Positions 9,430-18,556 of a DNA stretch of 64,000 bases are shown piece by piece. Source of the DNA: Nanobdellota archaeon (GTDB lineage Archaea; Nanobdellota; Nanobdellia; Parvarchaeales; Parvarchaeaceae); contig JAJYZA010000001.1 of the NCBI GenBank assembly GCA_021800365.1, positions 19,377-83,376 on the forward strand, written 5' to 3'. Under the pieces are notes generated by a model, which was not told where the DNA came from, made no database searches, and saw only the letters and a program-made list of their open reading frames with translations. Position 1 is the first letter of the stretch, and each line of letters begins with the position of its first letter. A program made the translations under genes and the position numbers.

Positions 9430-10641
9430 ATGCTTGCTTGGCTATCTAATAAAGTAAGGTTAATTTTCTTAGCAAAAACGTTGCGGGTTTTCGGTTTCGG
9501 CTTTTTAAGCATAATTCTCCCGTTATACATGCTACAAATAGGTTATCCTACAATTATAATCGGCGCAGTTCTTTCGGCAGCTGTTTTTGGTAGCGTAATA
9601 TTCAATTTACTTGTAAGTAGATTTTCTGACGCGTATGGGAGGAAAAAATCATTGATAATTCTATCTATTCTTATGGCCGCATCGGCGCTACTGATGATAG
9701 CCAATATAAACTCGATATTCTTTATTATCGCAGCCTTTTTTGGATCTGTAAGTGTAACCGGGACCGAAACGGGCCCATTTCTAACTATAGAACAGCCGTC
9801 TATTACAGCTCAGGTAAATGAACAAAACAGAACGAAGGCTTATAGCGTTTATAATTTTTTAGGTTATTCTGCAGCGGCATTGGGTGCGCTTTTCAGTAGC
9901 ACCTCATCGTTTTTTAATAATATTTTATTCGGATACCGTGCCTTGCTTTATGTATATTTTGGAATAGCTATTGCGCTTGTTTTTATCTATTTTGCGCTTG
10001 GCAATGCCCTTGAGATACCTAAAAAGGAATCAAAATTTAAGATCTCGAAGAAAACAAAGAAAATTATAGTGAGATTAGCCGCTCTTTTTTCTATTGATGC
10101 ATTCGGGGGTGGATTTATTCTCCAAAGCATTTTAGTATTGTGGTTTAATTCTAGATATGGTATAAGTTTAGATAATCTTTCTCTTCTGTTATTATTTACA
10201 AACGTGATAACCGCTATCTCGGTTTTACTTGCGCCGTTAGTAGCGAAGAGGATTGGGCTTCTGAAGACAATGGTAATTCCCCACATAATATCTAATTTAG
10301 CGTTGATATCTATACCCCTAGTTCCGTCGCTATTTTATGCAATCACATTCTTGTTTATAAGACAGACTTTATCCCAGATGGATGTCCCAGCTAGGCAGTC
10401 TTATATGATGGCGATAGTAAAGTCACGTGAGAGGACTGCAACCGTTGGTATAACAAGTATACCTAGAAGTTTGTCACAGGGAATCAGTCCGACAATCTCT
10501 AGTTATTTCATAGGAAGTTTACAATATTCCTTACCATTCTTTTTATCCGGGTCACTAAAGCTCTTTTATGATATATCTGTATTTTTAAGTTTTAGAAAAA
10601 TAAAACCACCCGAAGAGAAAACAGGTAAAACAAAAATATAA
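9430..10641 (+). CDS. MFS transporter
   Basis: About 12 TM helices, SDAYGRKK motif A, GTETGPF..IEQ, SQMDVPARQSY. Confidence 0.9.
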   Translation: MLAWLSNKVRLIFLAKTLRVFGFGFLSIILPLYMLQIGYPTIIIGAVLSAAVFGSVIFNLLVSRFSDAYGRKKSLIILSILMAASALLMIANINSIFFIIAAFFGSVSVTGTETGPFLTIEQPSITAQVNEQNRTKAYSVYNFLGYSAAALGALFSSTSSFFNNILFGYRALLYVYFGIAIALVFIYFALGNALEIPKKESKFKISKKTKKIIVRLAALFSIDAFGGGFILQSILVLWFNSRYGISLDNLSLLLLFTNVITAISVLLAPLVAKRIGLLKTMVIPHIISNLALISIPLVPSLFYAITFLFIRQTLSQMDVPARQSYMMAIVKSRERTATVGITSIPRSLSQGISPTISSYFIGSLQYSLPFFLSGSLKLFYDISVFLSFRKIKPPEEKTGKTKI

Positions 10642-10726
10642 GGTATAAGAATTTGTAAAGCGATTTGAATAATAATATATAAAGGCTATAATACTTTAAA
10701 TATAAGATAATCCGAATAAAGACAAT

Positions 10727-11356
10727 ATGCCAGAAGATAAAATGAAAGAAACAGACGTACATAAAGAGGTGTTGGAAGTTAATGAAGAGCACCGACCGGG
10801 GAAAAGAAAATTTAAGTTGAAATTAATCTATATTCTAGCGGTTATTGTTATTCTCGTGGCATTAATCAGTACGGTGTATTTTCTTACAAGCGGATCTAAA
10901 ACCCAGGTAAATACCGTCGTTGCTGCGGGTGATAATGTAAGTATTTATTATACTGGTTCCTACCAAAACGGGACTGTTTTTAGTTCAAACATGGGTACGG
11001 GTCAGCCAATAAGTTTCATTGTTGGTGCGGGAAGTATGATAGCGGGCATTGATGATGGGGTCATTGGAATGAGGGTAGGGGAAAGTAAAATTCTAACTAT
11101 TCCACCTAACGAAGGGTATGGTTATATAAATGATACATTGCGTTCATTTTCAGCGCCTATAAAACAAATAGAAAACCTCAGCAAACAAGTTAACAATAAC
11201 TCTAATATCAGTGTAGGAGAACAATTTAACTTACACAATGGGTTTTTAATAAGAATTAGTTCATTAAACTCTACAAATGTAACTTTAGATTATTGGCCCC
11301 TATTAGCGGGATATACCTTGATCTTCAACGTAACCGTAGCCAGCATAAATCAATAA
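10727..11356 (+). CDS. Membrane-anchored FKBP-type peptidyl-prolyl isomerase
   Basis: GDNVSIYYTG..GTVFSS..MIAGIDDGVIGMRVGE..IPPNEGYG, PLLAGYTLIFNV; N-terminal TM anchor. Confidence 0.85.
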   Translation: MPEDKMKETDVHKEVLEVNEEHRPGKRKFKLKLIYILAVIVILVALISTVYFLTSGSKTQVNTVVAAGDNVSIYYTGSYQNGTVFSSNMGTGQPISFIVGAGSMIAGIDDGVIGMRVGESKILTIPPNEGYGYINDTLRSFSAPIKQIENLSKQVNNNSNISVGEQFNLHNGFLIRISSLNSTNVTLDYWPLLAGYTLIFNVTVASINQ

Positions 11357-11453
11357 TCCTACTTCAAAAACGTAACTTTATTGGATACCCTTTTAGTCTT
11401 CTTCGTATTCTTATAAAGCAAACCTTTAATTTTAGAACTGCATAATTATTTAA

Positions 11454-13514
11454 ATGGATAATTCAAATTTTGATAAATTGTTTAATCCGGATAGCATAGC
11501 GGTTATAGGTGCCTCTAGAAATCCCAATAAAATCGGTAGTATAATACTTAAGAACTTGAGAATAACCTATCGAGGCAAGATATTTCCAGTAAACCCGTTC
11601 ATAAATGAAATCCAAGGTGTTAAAGCGTATCCAAAGGTATCTGAAATAAAAGAACCGCTCGATCTCGCGATTATTGCGATACCTTCCGAAAAGGTACTTC
11701 AGGTATTAAAAGACTGCGATAAAAAGAAAGTAAAATTTGCAATAGTTATAAGTGCTGGGTTTAAGGAAATTGGTAAAGAGGGGGAAAGATTAGAAATCGG
11801 TCTAATTAAGTTCTTAGATACGGCAAAAATTCGACTCATTGGACCAAATTGTCTCGGGGTCATAAATACTAATCCGGCTTATAATGCCACCTTTATGGAT
11901 CCCGAATCAAAGCCGCTCGAAGGAAAAGCCGCGTTCATATCTCAAAGTGGCGCCTTGATGAGCGCAATTGCAGATGACGCTACGCTGGAAAAAATCGGTT
12001 TCAGTAAGATTATCAGTATAGGTAACGAAACTGACATTGATATATCGGACATGCTAAAAGCACTCCTCGTGGATCCAAATACCTCTGTAATAGCATTATA
12101 CCTAGAAGGAATAGAGAATGGGCGGGAATTCATAAAAAGTGCATTGGAAGTATCAAAGAAAAAAGTCGTAGTGGCATTAAAGGGTGGAAAATATAAAACT
12201 AGCGCTGCTGCAGCAGCATCGCATACTGGTTCTCTAGCGGGAAATGATATAAGTTATGAGTTGGCATTTAAAAGAAGTGGTGTAATTTCGGTATCAAATA
12301 TAGACGATCTATTCAATTTTATGCGTGATGCACCTAACTTAAAAGTAAATAGCGATGAAGTTATAATTGTAACCAATGCGGGTGGGGCTGGCGTACTTAC
12401 AACAGATAACATAACAAAAGAGGGTCTGAAGCTTGCTAAACTCGGTACAAATATAATAACAGAACTCGAGAAAGTTTTACCAAAAGAAGCCAATACACAT
12501 AATCCTATCGATATACTCGGTGACTCCACACCAAAGCGTTATAAAGAGACGTTAGAAATCATAGCAAAACTAAATAAACCAATAATAGTTTTATTCTCAC
12601 CACAAGAAACTTCTATGCCTATAGAAACCGCAAAAGAAATATCTGAGATAAAACTACAAAATAGAGAGCTACCAATATTGTCGGTTTTTCTTGGAGGAAC
12701 TAGAGTAGAAAAAGCAAGACACATTCTACGAGATAATGGCCTTCCGGTGTATAACTACCCTCATGAAGCAGTCGATATAATAAAGGGGCTTTATAGCTAT
12801 AGCGCCTTTTTAGATCCAACCTTCTCCATGTACAATAAAGAGAAGATTAAGAAAGTGGAATTTAAATTTAAAGAAAATCTTTTCGGGCTCGGCGCGAAGG
12901 TTATCTTAGACAAACTTAACCTGCACACCGTTGATGGAGTTGAATTCAAAAACGAGACGACGCTTAGAAGAGCAGTAAGGGCGACCGGCTATCCATGTGT
13001 AATGAAACTTGGTTCAAATAAAATAGCACATAAAGGAGAGATCGGCGGTATTGTAGTCGACATAAAAAATGAAAAAGAATTAATTAAAGCATTTAATTCG
13101 ATAAGGGACAAAGCGGTCGAAAACCGTGTAAAACCAACACATTATGAACTCTATAAAGATGCAAATCGGGGAGAAAAAGCCAAAGTAGAACTCCTGCTCG
13201 GTGCCCATCGCGATTCACAGTTTGGTTCGCTTATAGGGGTGGGTTTAGGAGGAGAATACGCAAACATACTAAAAGAGACGGAATTTCTGCTTTCTCCTCC
13301 ATCAGATGGCGACATTTCAAAATTCAAGAGCTCTAAAATCGGTAGGCTTATAAATGAGGCCACAAAACCTAAGGTCTTCTCTGAGATCATTAGTTACATG
13401 CTAAAACTGGCCCGGTTCATGGAGGATAATCCGTCGGTTAAAGACATAGATATAAATCCGCTATTCTTATTCGATGACGGCGTGGTCGCAACGGATTTCA
13501 AAATATTCGTCTAA
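11454..13514 (+). CDS. acdAB: Acetate--CoA ligase (ADP-forming), fused alpha/beta
   Basis: SIAVIGAS, IGPNCLG, SQSGA, ASHTGSLAG phospho-His, TNAGGAG, HK..GG and DINPL ATP-grasp domain. Confidence 0.9.
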   Translation: MDNSNFDKLFNPDSIAVIGASRNPNKIGSIILKNLRITYRGKIFPVNPFINEIQGVKAYPKVSEIKEPLDLAIIAIPSEKVLQVLKDCDKKKVKFAIVISAGFKEIGKEGERLEIGLIKFLDTAKIRLIGPNCLGVINTNPAYNATFMDPESKPLEGKAAFISQSGALMSAIADDATLEKIGFSKIISIGNETDIDISDMLKALLVDPNTSVIALYLEGIENGREFIKSALEVSKKKVVVALKGGKYKTSAAAAASHTGSLAGNDISYELAFKRSGVISVSNIDDLFNFMRDAPNLKVNSDEVIIVTNAGGAGVLTTDNITKEGLKLAKLGTNIITELEKVLPKEANTHNPIDILGDSTPKRYKETLEIIAKLNKPIIVLFSPQETSMPIETAKEISEIKLQNRELPILSVFLGGTRVEKARHILRDNGLPVYNYPHEAVDIIKGLYSYSAFLDPTFSMYNKEKIKKVEFKFKENLFGLGAKVILDKLNLHTVDGVEFKNETTLRRAVRATGYPCVMKLGSNKIAHKGEIGGIVVDIKNEKELIKAFNSIRDKAVENRVKPTHYELYKDANRGEKAKVELLLGAHRDSQFGSLIGVGLGGEYANILKETEFLLSPPSDGDISKFKSSKIGRLINEATKPKVFSEIISYMLKLARFMEDNPSVKDIDINPLFLFDDGVVATDFKIFV

Positions 13515-13538
13515 AACTAAAAATAGCTTTTGTTTGTT

Positions 13539-13564
13539 AAAACGTTGCCCAGTAGCAACGTTTT
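13539..13564. promoter_or_regulatory. Perfect 10-bp inverted repeat (terminator-like hairpin or operator)
   Basis: aaaacgttgc-ccagta-gcaacgtttt followed by a T run, between the acd stop and the TATA-like box of the next gene. Confidence 0.5.
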
Positions 13565-13590
13565 TTATAGTAAAAACTCCCAGTAAAGAT

Positions 13591-13881
13591 ATGGATACTG
13601 TACTCGCAATCGGTCTCGCTGCCGGCACGCTAACAACAATCGGCTATGTACCTCAACTGGCGAAGATAATACGTACTAAATCTGCGAGGGACGTTTCACT
13701 GATGATGTTTCTGATTATCTCTATCGGTGTATTTTTATGGTTTTTATATGGCTTATATATCAACTCGCTTCCCGTAATAATTGCAAATGTCGCGGTACTT
13801 GCATTAACTATATCGATTGCCTTTTTCAAGATTAAGTATTTAAAACGTGAAAAACTCACAAATCGAAAGTCGTCTAATTAA
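13591..13881 (+). CDS. SemiSWEET / PQ-loop sugar transporter
   Basis: GLAAGTLTT..VPQLAKIIRTKSARDVS..LWFLYG..PVIIAN; three TM helices; ATG at 13591. Confidence 0.9.
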   Translation: MDTVLAIGLAAGTLTTIGYVPQLAKIIRTKSARDVSLMMFLIISIGVFLWFLYGLYINSLPVIIANVAVLALTISIAFFKIKYLKREKLTNRKSSN

Positions 13882-13963
13882 ACGCTTTCTTTACAGAACA
13901 TCGATTATTGTTGCATATATCGCATTAAGTAACTTTTATTAAATTATACCAATATAAGATTGT

Positions 13964-15487
13964 ATGGTAAAAATAGAACTAAGTGAATATTTTTCGGAAA
14001 TTTATGAGAAAGGCGATGTACCTAGATTTAAAGTTTTTATAGACGGAAAATGGGTTTCTACAAAAAATCGACTTGATCTTATAAGTCCAATCGATGGGAG
14101 AAAAAGTGCTGAGATAAGTAATGTATCTTTTGATGATATGGAGAAGGCAATTCAGTCTGCATCTTCCAAAAAAGATAAGATAAGAAATATGGCGGCCATA
14201 GATAGGATTGAATTAATGAATACAGTAAGAAAAGAACTAGAGAAACATAGAGATGAGATAGTCGGAGTGTTGATTGCTGAGTCCGGCAAAGCATATAACT
14301 CTGCCATCGGAGAATTCAATGCGATGCTCGAAAGAATGCGTCTTAGCATGGAGGACTCGCGTAAGATATTGGGAGAATATCTACCGGGAGATTGGTCAAG
14401 TGATACTGCGCAGAAAATAGCATTGGTTATACGAGAACCGATTGGAGTAGTCCTTGGGATATCGCCATTCAATTATCCGATTTATACCTCAGTAGCTAAA
14501 ATTCTTCCGGCACTTTTAGCTGGAAATTCAGTGGTTATAAAACCACCCAGCGCCGACCCCATAGCATTTATGATGTGCATGGAAATTTTCAGAAAAATGG
14601 GCGTTCCTTCTGGCACGCTTCAAGTTTTGACTGGCAGTGGCGAAGAAAGAGGGGACTATCTAGTTACAAATGAAAAAATTAATATGGTAAGTTTTACCGG
14701 CAGTACAGTTGTTGGCAAGCATATCTCCAGTATAGCGGGTCTAAGAAAAATACACTTAGAGCTCGGTGGAAAAGCTGCTGCAATTGTGTTAGAAGACGCC
14801 GAATTGGAACTAGCAGCCAAGGAATGCATAAAGGGATCACTAGAACTTGCGGGACAGAGATGCGATGCAATAAGCCGTATACTGGTGGTTCAAAAAGTGT
14901 ATGATAAGTTTGTAGACAAATTAAAATCTCATATCTCAGACTACAGTTTTGGAAACCCGTTGGATGGAAAGGCCATAACCCTCGGCCCGGTCATAAGCAC
15001 TAAAGCGGCAAAAAGGATAGATGACCTAGTGCAAGACGCCGCAAAAAAGGGCGCAAAAATAATGTGCGGTGGAAAATACAACGATGCGTATTACGAACCT
15101 ACGTTACTAATCGACGTGCCATTAAATGCTGATATTGCAAATGAAGAAACGTTTGGACCAGTTATCACGGTTATAAAAGTGAAAGACCTTGATGAAGCTG
15201 TAAGAGTTGCCAATAATTCAAAATATGGTCTGGATTCCTGTGTATTCACAGAAGACTTCTACAGTGCATGGGAAGTCATGAAAATCTTACAAGTTGGCAA
15301 TGTTACCTTAAATTCAGCACCGTCGCATGGAACCGCCTATTTCCCATTCGGGGGGATAAAGGATTCAGGCCAGGGAAAAGAGGGAGTTGGTTATAGTATC
15401 GAGGAGATGACTGTGATGAAGACAGTAATATTTAATTTGGCACCGAAAAACCTAGGCAAAAAGTACACCGGCGCCTTTAAGGACTAA
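13964..15487 (+). CDS. gapN: Non-phosphorylating NAD(P)-dependent glyceraldehyde-3-phosphate dehydrogenase (aldehyde dehydrogenase family)
   Basis: PFNYP, FTGS, LELGGK, GQRCDAI catalytic Cys, GEYLPGDWS and FPFGGIKDSG typical of archaeal GAPN. Confidence 0.85.
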   Translation: MVKIELSEYFSEIYEKGDVPRFKVFIDGKWVSTKNRLDLISPIDGRKSAEISNVSFDDMEKAIQSASSKKDKIRNMAAIDRIELMNTVRKELEKHRDEIVGVLIAESGKAYNSAIGEFNAMLERMRLSMEDSRKILGEYLPGDWSSDTAQKIALVIREPIGVVLGISPFNYPIYTSVAKILPALLAGNSVVIKPPSADPIAFMMCMEIFRKMGVPSGTLQVLTGSGEERGDYLVTNEKINMVSFTGSTVVGKHISSIAGLRKIHLELGGKAAAIVLEDAELELAAKECIKGSLELAGQRCDAISRILVVQKVYDKFVDKLKSHISDYSFGNPLDGKAITLGPVISTKAAKRIDDLVQDAAKKGAKIMCGGKYNDAYYEPTLLIDVPLNADIANEETFGPVITVIKVKDLDEAVRVANNSKYGLDSCVFTEDFYSAWEVMKILQVGNVTLNSAPSHGTAYFPFGGIKDSGQGKEGVGYSIEEMTVMKTVIFNLAPKNLGKKYTGAFKD

Positions 15488-15488
15488 T

Positions 15489-15764
15489 ATGAGAATTGAG
15501 AAAAAAGTACAAAGTAAATATTTTAATTCAGTTTTATGCGGAAGAAAACAGTTCGAGGTAAGACTGGCCGACTTTAAGTGTAAATCGGGCGATACACTTA
15601 TTCTTAAGGAACAGAAATTAAATTCGAAAGAATTGACTGGAAGAACGCTGCAGTGCGAGATTTTATACAAATTAAATACAAAAAATGTAGAGAAATTCTA
15701 TTCCAAAAAAGATATAGAAAAATATGGATTAATAATCTTTTCAATTAGACGAAAGTACAAATAA
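15489..15764 (+). CDS. ASCH/PUA-like domain protein (DUF3850-like)
   Basis: KK..YFNSVLCGRKQFEVRLADF..GDTLILKE..TGR pattern. Confidence 0.8.
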   Translation: MRIEKKVQSKYFNSVLCGRKQFEVRLADFKCKSGDTLILKEQKLNSKELTGRTLQCEILYKLNTKNVEKFYSKKDIEKYGLIIFSIRRKYK

Positions 15765-15791
15765 AGATTAAACCGGCTTACAAAGACAATC

Positions 15792-16613
15792 TCACTTTAA
15801 AAAATATGGTCTAATTAGACTTTCTAGATATCCTATCAAACTAATTAGATTACGTATTGGCTGATGTGTACCGAAGATCTCGTTTAAACTTATAGGTAGC
15901 ATCACTCCGCTTGGTAAGTTAATTTTTTGATAGCAATTCTCGGTTGGTTTCTTAAAGTTGGTGCGGTATTTATCAACTAGTGCCGGATAGACTGAAGTTA
16001 TTAATTTTTTAGCATCGTCTATGTCTAAATCTCCTCTAAAGTTTAATAGCCTATTCTGCCAGGATTTTAATTTTATATATAAAAGTATATCGGGATTCGT
16101 TACTAGCATACTTTTATGCGTCGATGCTATTGGAAACCTTACGGCAGAGGATACTATTTTCTTAAAATCCATATCATAAACCACCTTCGTGATTTCAAAT
16201 AAATCTACTTCGATCTTCTCCTTTTTGGTTTCATTTTTATAAATATAAAAATGGTATGTCTCTGTTTTTATAAACGGATTAAAATCCCTTTTATCATAAA
16301 CAAAACCTGCTTTCTTTAGTGAATCAATATAGGGTTTTATAGATAACCTAGATGACGACCTTATCAAAAAGTCTAAATCGCCTACACTTCTGTCAAAATA
16401 ATAACACAATGCGCTACTTCCGAAAACTATTACATTTTCCTCACCGAAAACGTCGATGAGTCGAAGACACACGTTTTCTATTTCACTTTTCGATATCACA
16501 TATGGATGGGCTTTGACTACGGGAAAAATCGGCACTGACTTTAATAAAATTTTATCCAAACCGTTTTTCCGTAGGATTTTAATCTCTTTGTAAATAGATG
16601 ATAAGATACTCAT
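15792..16613 (-). CDS. Putative nucleotidyltransferase (Pol beta superfamily)
   Basis: VFGSSAL..RSVGDLDFLI, third Asp in EVDLF, LLYIKL..R..D..D helical tail. Confidence 0.65.
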   Translation of the reverse strand: MSILSSIYKEIKILRKNGLDKILLKSVPIFPVVKAHPYVISKSEIENVCLRLIDVFGEENVIVFGSSALCYYFDRSVGDLDFLIRSSSRLSIKPYIDSLKKAGFVYDKRDFNPFIKTETYHFYIYKNETKKEKIEVDLFEITKVVYDMDFKKIVSSAVRFPIASTHKSMLVTNPDILLYIKLKSWQNRLLNFRGDLDIDDAKKLITSVYPALVDKYRTNFKKPTENCYQKINLPSGVMLPISLNEIFGTHQPIRNLISLIGYLESLIRPYFLK

Positions 16614-16785
16614 TTTTCTGTATGAAGATAACTATTATTTATAGTTTATTTTTATAACAAAATTTGTATCTGCTGTTGAGTATAACAATGCACAGAAAAG
16701 ACCTAAAGGCTTATTATTATAATAATAAGAAAATAATCGAAGTAGAGACGGCGGAGAAAATGTAACACTCGATCATATTAAAATC

Positions 16786-16880
16786 CGCTGGGTGCAGGAT
16801 TCGAACCTACGCATCCTTACGGAAATCGGTTTACTTGCAGCTTCTCAAGACCGACGCTTTAACCACTCAGCCAACCCAGC
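16786..16880 (-). tRNA. tRNA-Ser(TGA) with a 12-nt intron at 37/38 (16832-16843)
   Basis: GCTGGGT/ACCCAGC acceptor, long variable arm, TCGGT-CT TGA G[intron]A-ACCGA; CUUG/CAAG central helix of a BHB/BHL motif. Confidence 0.9.
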
Positions 16881-16932
16881 ATAATCATTATTATGAAACC
16901 ACTATTTTATATTAGTTCTGCTAAGTTATGTT

Positions 16933-17748
16933 ATGCGATTAAAAGTTAAAGACTTCTCCTTGGATAAAAATTTGACGGCCGGGCAAACTTTCTGCTGGAC
17001 GCATAGTAATGATGCGTGGTTTTCATTTATAGATAGACCAATAAAAGTAAAACAAATAGGTGATGTTTTAGAATATTATGGTTGCAGTGAGATTGAACTT
17101 AGAACACGTCTTGGCCTTAATGACGACATAAATTCAATAAAAACTGAGTTAGACAAAGATGATTTAATCGACAGAGCGATAAATTATTCTAATGGATTAA
17201 GAATTACTAAAGACGGGCTCTGGCCAGCGACCTTGAGTTTTATTCTTTCTATACAGTCCAATATACTGTTGATACAAAGGCGCATCTTAACCCTATCAAA
17301 GGCTTACGGAAACAACATAATTTTTATGGGCGAAGAGCTATATAGTTTTCCACGATACGAAGAGATAGTAGGGAAAGGAATAGGGTTTTTAAATGGAATG
17401 AAGCTAGGTTTTAGAACTAGGTTTGTAATGTCCGCAGCGGAATATTTTTATAATCACGAACTATCAGAACGCTTTAACCAAGAAGACATAAAGAAACAAC
17501 TTTTGAGTATAGTTGGCATTGGCGACAAAGTTTTAGACTGTATCCTCCTGTACGGTCTGCACGACTTAAGTGCTTTCCCGATGGACGTATGGATGTTACG
17601 CATATTAGCGAAATACTATGATAAAATCTTAAATAAGGCGAAAAGCTACAAAGACAAACGCGATACGATGGTCAATTATTTCGGAAATTACGCTGGCTAT
17701 GCACAGCTTTTTCTTTATAATTATGCACGACTGAATGGGCTGGAATAA
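16933..17748 (+). CDS. 8-oxoguanine DNA glycosylase (OGG1-like, HhH-GPD)
   Basis: GQTFCW, SFILS.QSNI, LGFR, GIGDKVLDCILLYG..AFPMDVW, FGNYAGYAQLFLY. Confidence 0.9.
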   Translation: MRLKVKDFSLDKNLTAGQTFCWTHSNDAWFSFIDRPIKVKQIGDVLEYYGCSEIELRTRLGLNDDINSIKTELDKDDLIDRAINYSNGLRITKDGLWPATLSFILSIQSNILLIQRRILTLSKAYGNNIIFMGEELYSFPRYEEIVGKGIGFLNGMKLGFRTRFVMSAAEYFYNHELSERFNQEDIKKQLLSIVGIGDKVLDCILLYGLHDLSAFPMDVWMLRILAKYYDKILNKAKSYKDKRDTMVNYFGNYAGYAQLFLYNYARLNGLE

Positions 17749-17762
17749 GTTGTTTTATATCG

Positions 17763-17790
17763 CTATTGTGCAATAGTAAAGTATTTATAT
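17763..17790 (+). promoter_or_regulatory. Putative operator plus BRE/TATA promoter, copy 2 (CTATT-N4-AATAG-TAAAGTATTTATAT)
   Basis: Palindrome ctattg-tg-caatag abuts the same box as at 8487-8500; 21 nt to ATG-GAA-AA. Confidence 0.6.
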
Positions 17791-17811
17791 TAGTTTATCT
17801 CTTATACTTGC

Positions 17812-18234
17812 ATGGAAAATGATAAAGAGTTGGATGAATTAGTGGCTAAAGAAGACGCTGGACTACCCCCGCGACAACGTATTTATCCGGCAGACTGTAA
17901 AGAAGCGGGTGGCATTTGTACGCGTGCTTATTCTCCGTTTAAGAGGCTTATTGGATTTATAAGCGGGATTAGGTACGGTGATTATAAACCTCGGGAAGCC
18001 GGTATATCAACCCAGTATTTTAACAATCCAATGGAGGCCACACGAAAGATGGTTTCCGAAGACAATGCAGAACGTGCTTACCGAGTGGATTTGGCGTACC
18101 GATCAAATTTAAGCGTATTGCACGCCTTTGCGCAGGCCGATGATGCAATAAAAAGTAGCCAAACGGCCATTGATGCGTTTTTCAAAGAGCAGAAAGAACA
18201 AGTCGAAGGGAAAGAAGATGAAATTGAAACTTAA
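17812..18234 (+). CDS. Hypothetical protein
   Basis: 140-aa ORF behind a TATA-like box; no recognisable motif. Confidence 0.6.
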   Translation: MENDKELDELVAKEDAGLPPRQRIYPADCKEAGGICTRAYSPFKRLIGFISGIRYGDYKPREAGISTQYFNNPMEATRKMVSEDNAERAYRVDLAYRSNLSVLHAFAQADDAIKSSQTAIDAFFKEQKEQVEGKEDEIET

Positions 18235-18556
18235 GGAAATATTGAAAAGAGCCGTAGAAATAGGTGGTGAGGGATTAAAAAGTTATCTAACCTACCCAAG
18301 CAAATTCGGTTATTATGGTCAGTCGGCACATCTTAATAATGATAGCGCGGGCGAATTAAGTGCGGTGGCTTCAGAGCTACTATGTGTAGGTACAGAGTCC
18401 CTAGCATATTGGGGGTTGGTACTCGGCTTAACTGGCTCTCCTTATCTATCTCTCGGAGCTGGCGTTACGGTTACGCTAGGCAGAAGCATGCAATATATGT
18501 CGGGATTCAAAAAGAGAAAGGTGGAAGAGAAATTTCATTCGACTAACTGGGTCTAA
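18218..18556 (+). CDS. Hypothetical small membrane protein
   Basis: ATG at 18218 overlaps the upstream gene end; Gly-rich hydrophobic hairpin LAYWGLVLGLTG..LSLGAGVTVTLG. Confidence 0.55.
   Translation: MKLKLKEILKRAVEIGGEGLKSYLTYPSKFGYYGQSAHLNNDSAGELSAVASELLCVGTESLAYWGLVLGLTGSPYLSLGAGVTVTLGRSMQYMSGFKKRKVEEKFHSTNWV

Noticed and set aside
16786-16880. Selenocysteine or suppressor tRNA reading, given TGA/TCA in the loop
   Set aside because: The anticodon is UGA on the coding strand (reads UCA, Ser) and the 7-bp acceptor stem is canonical
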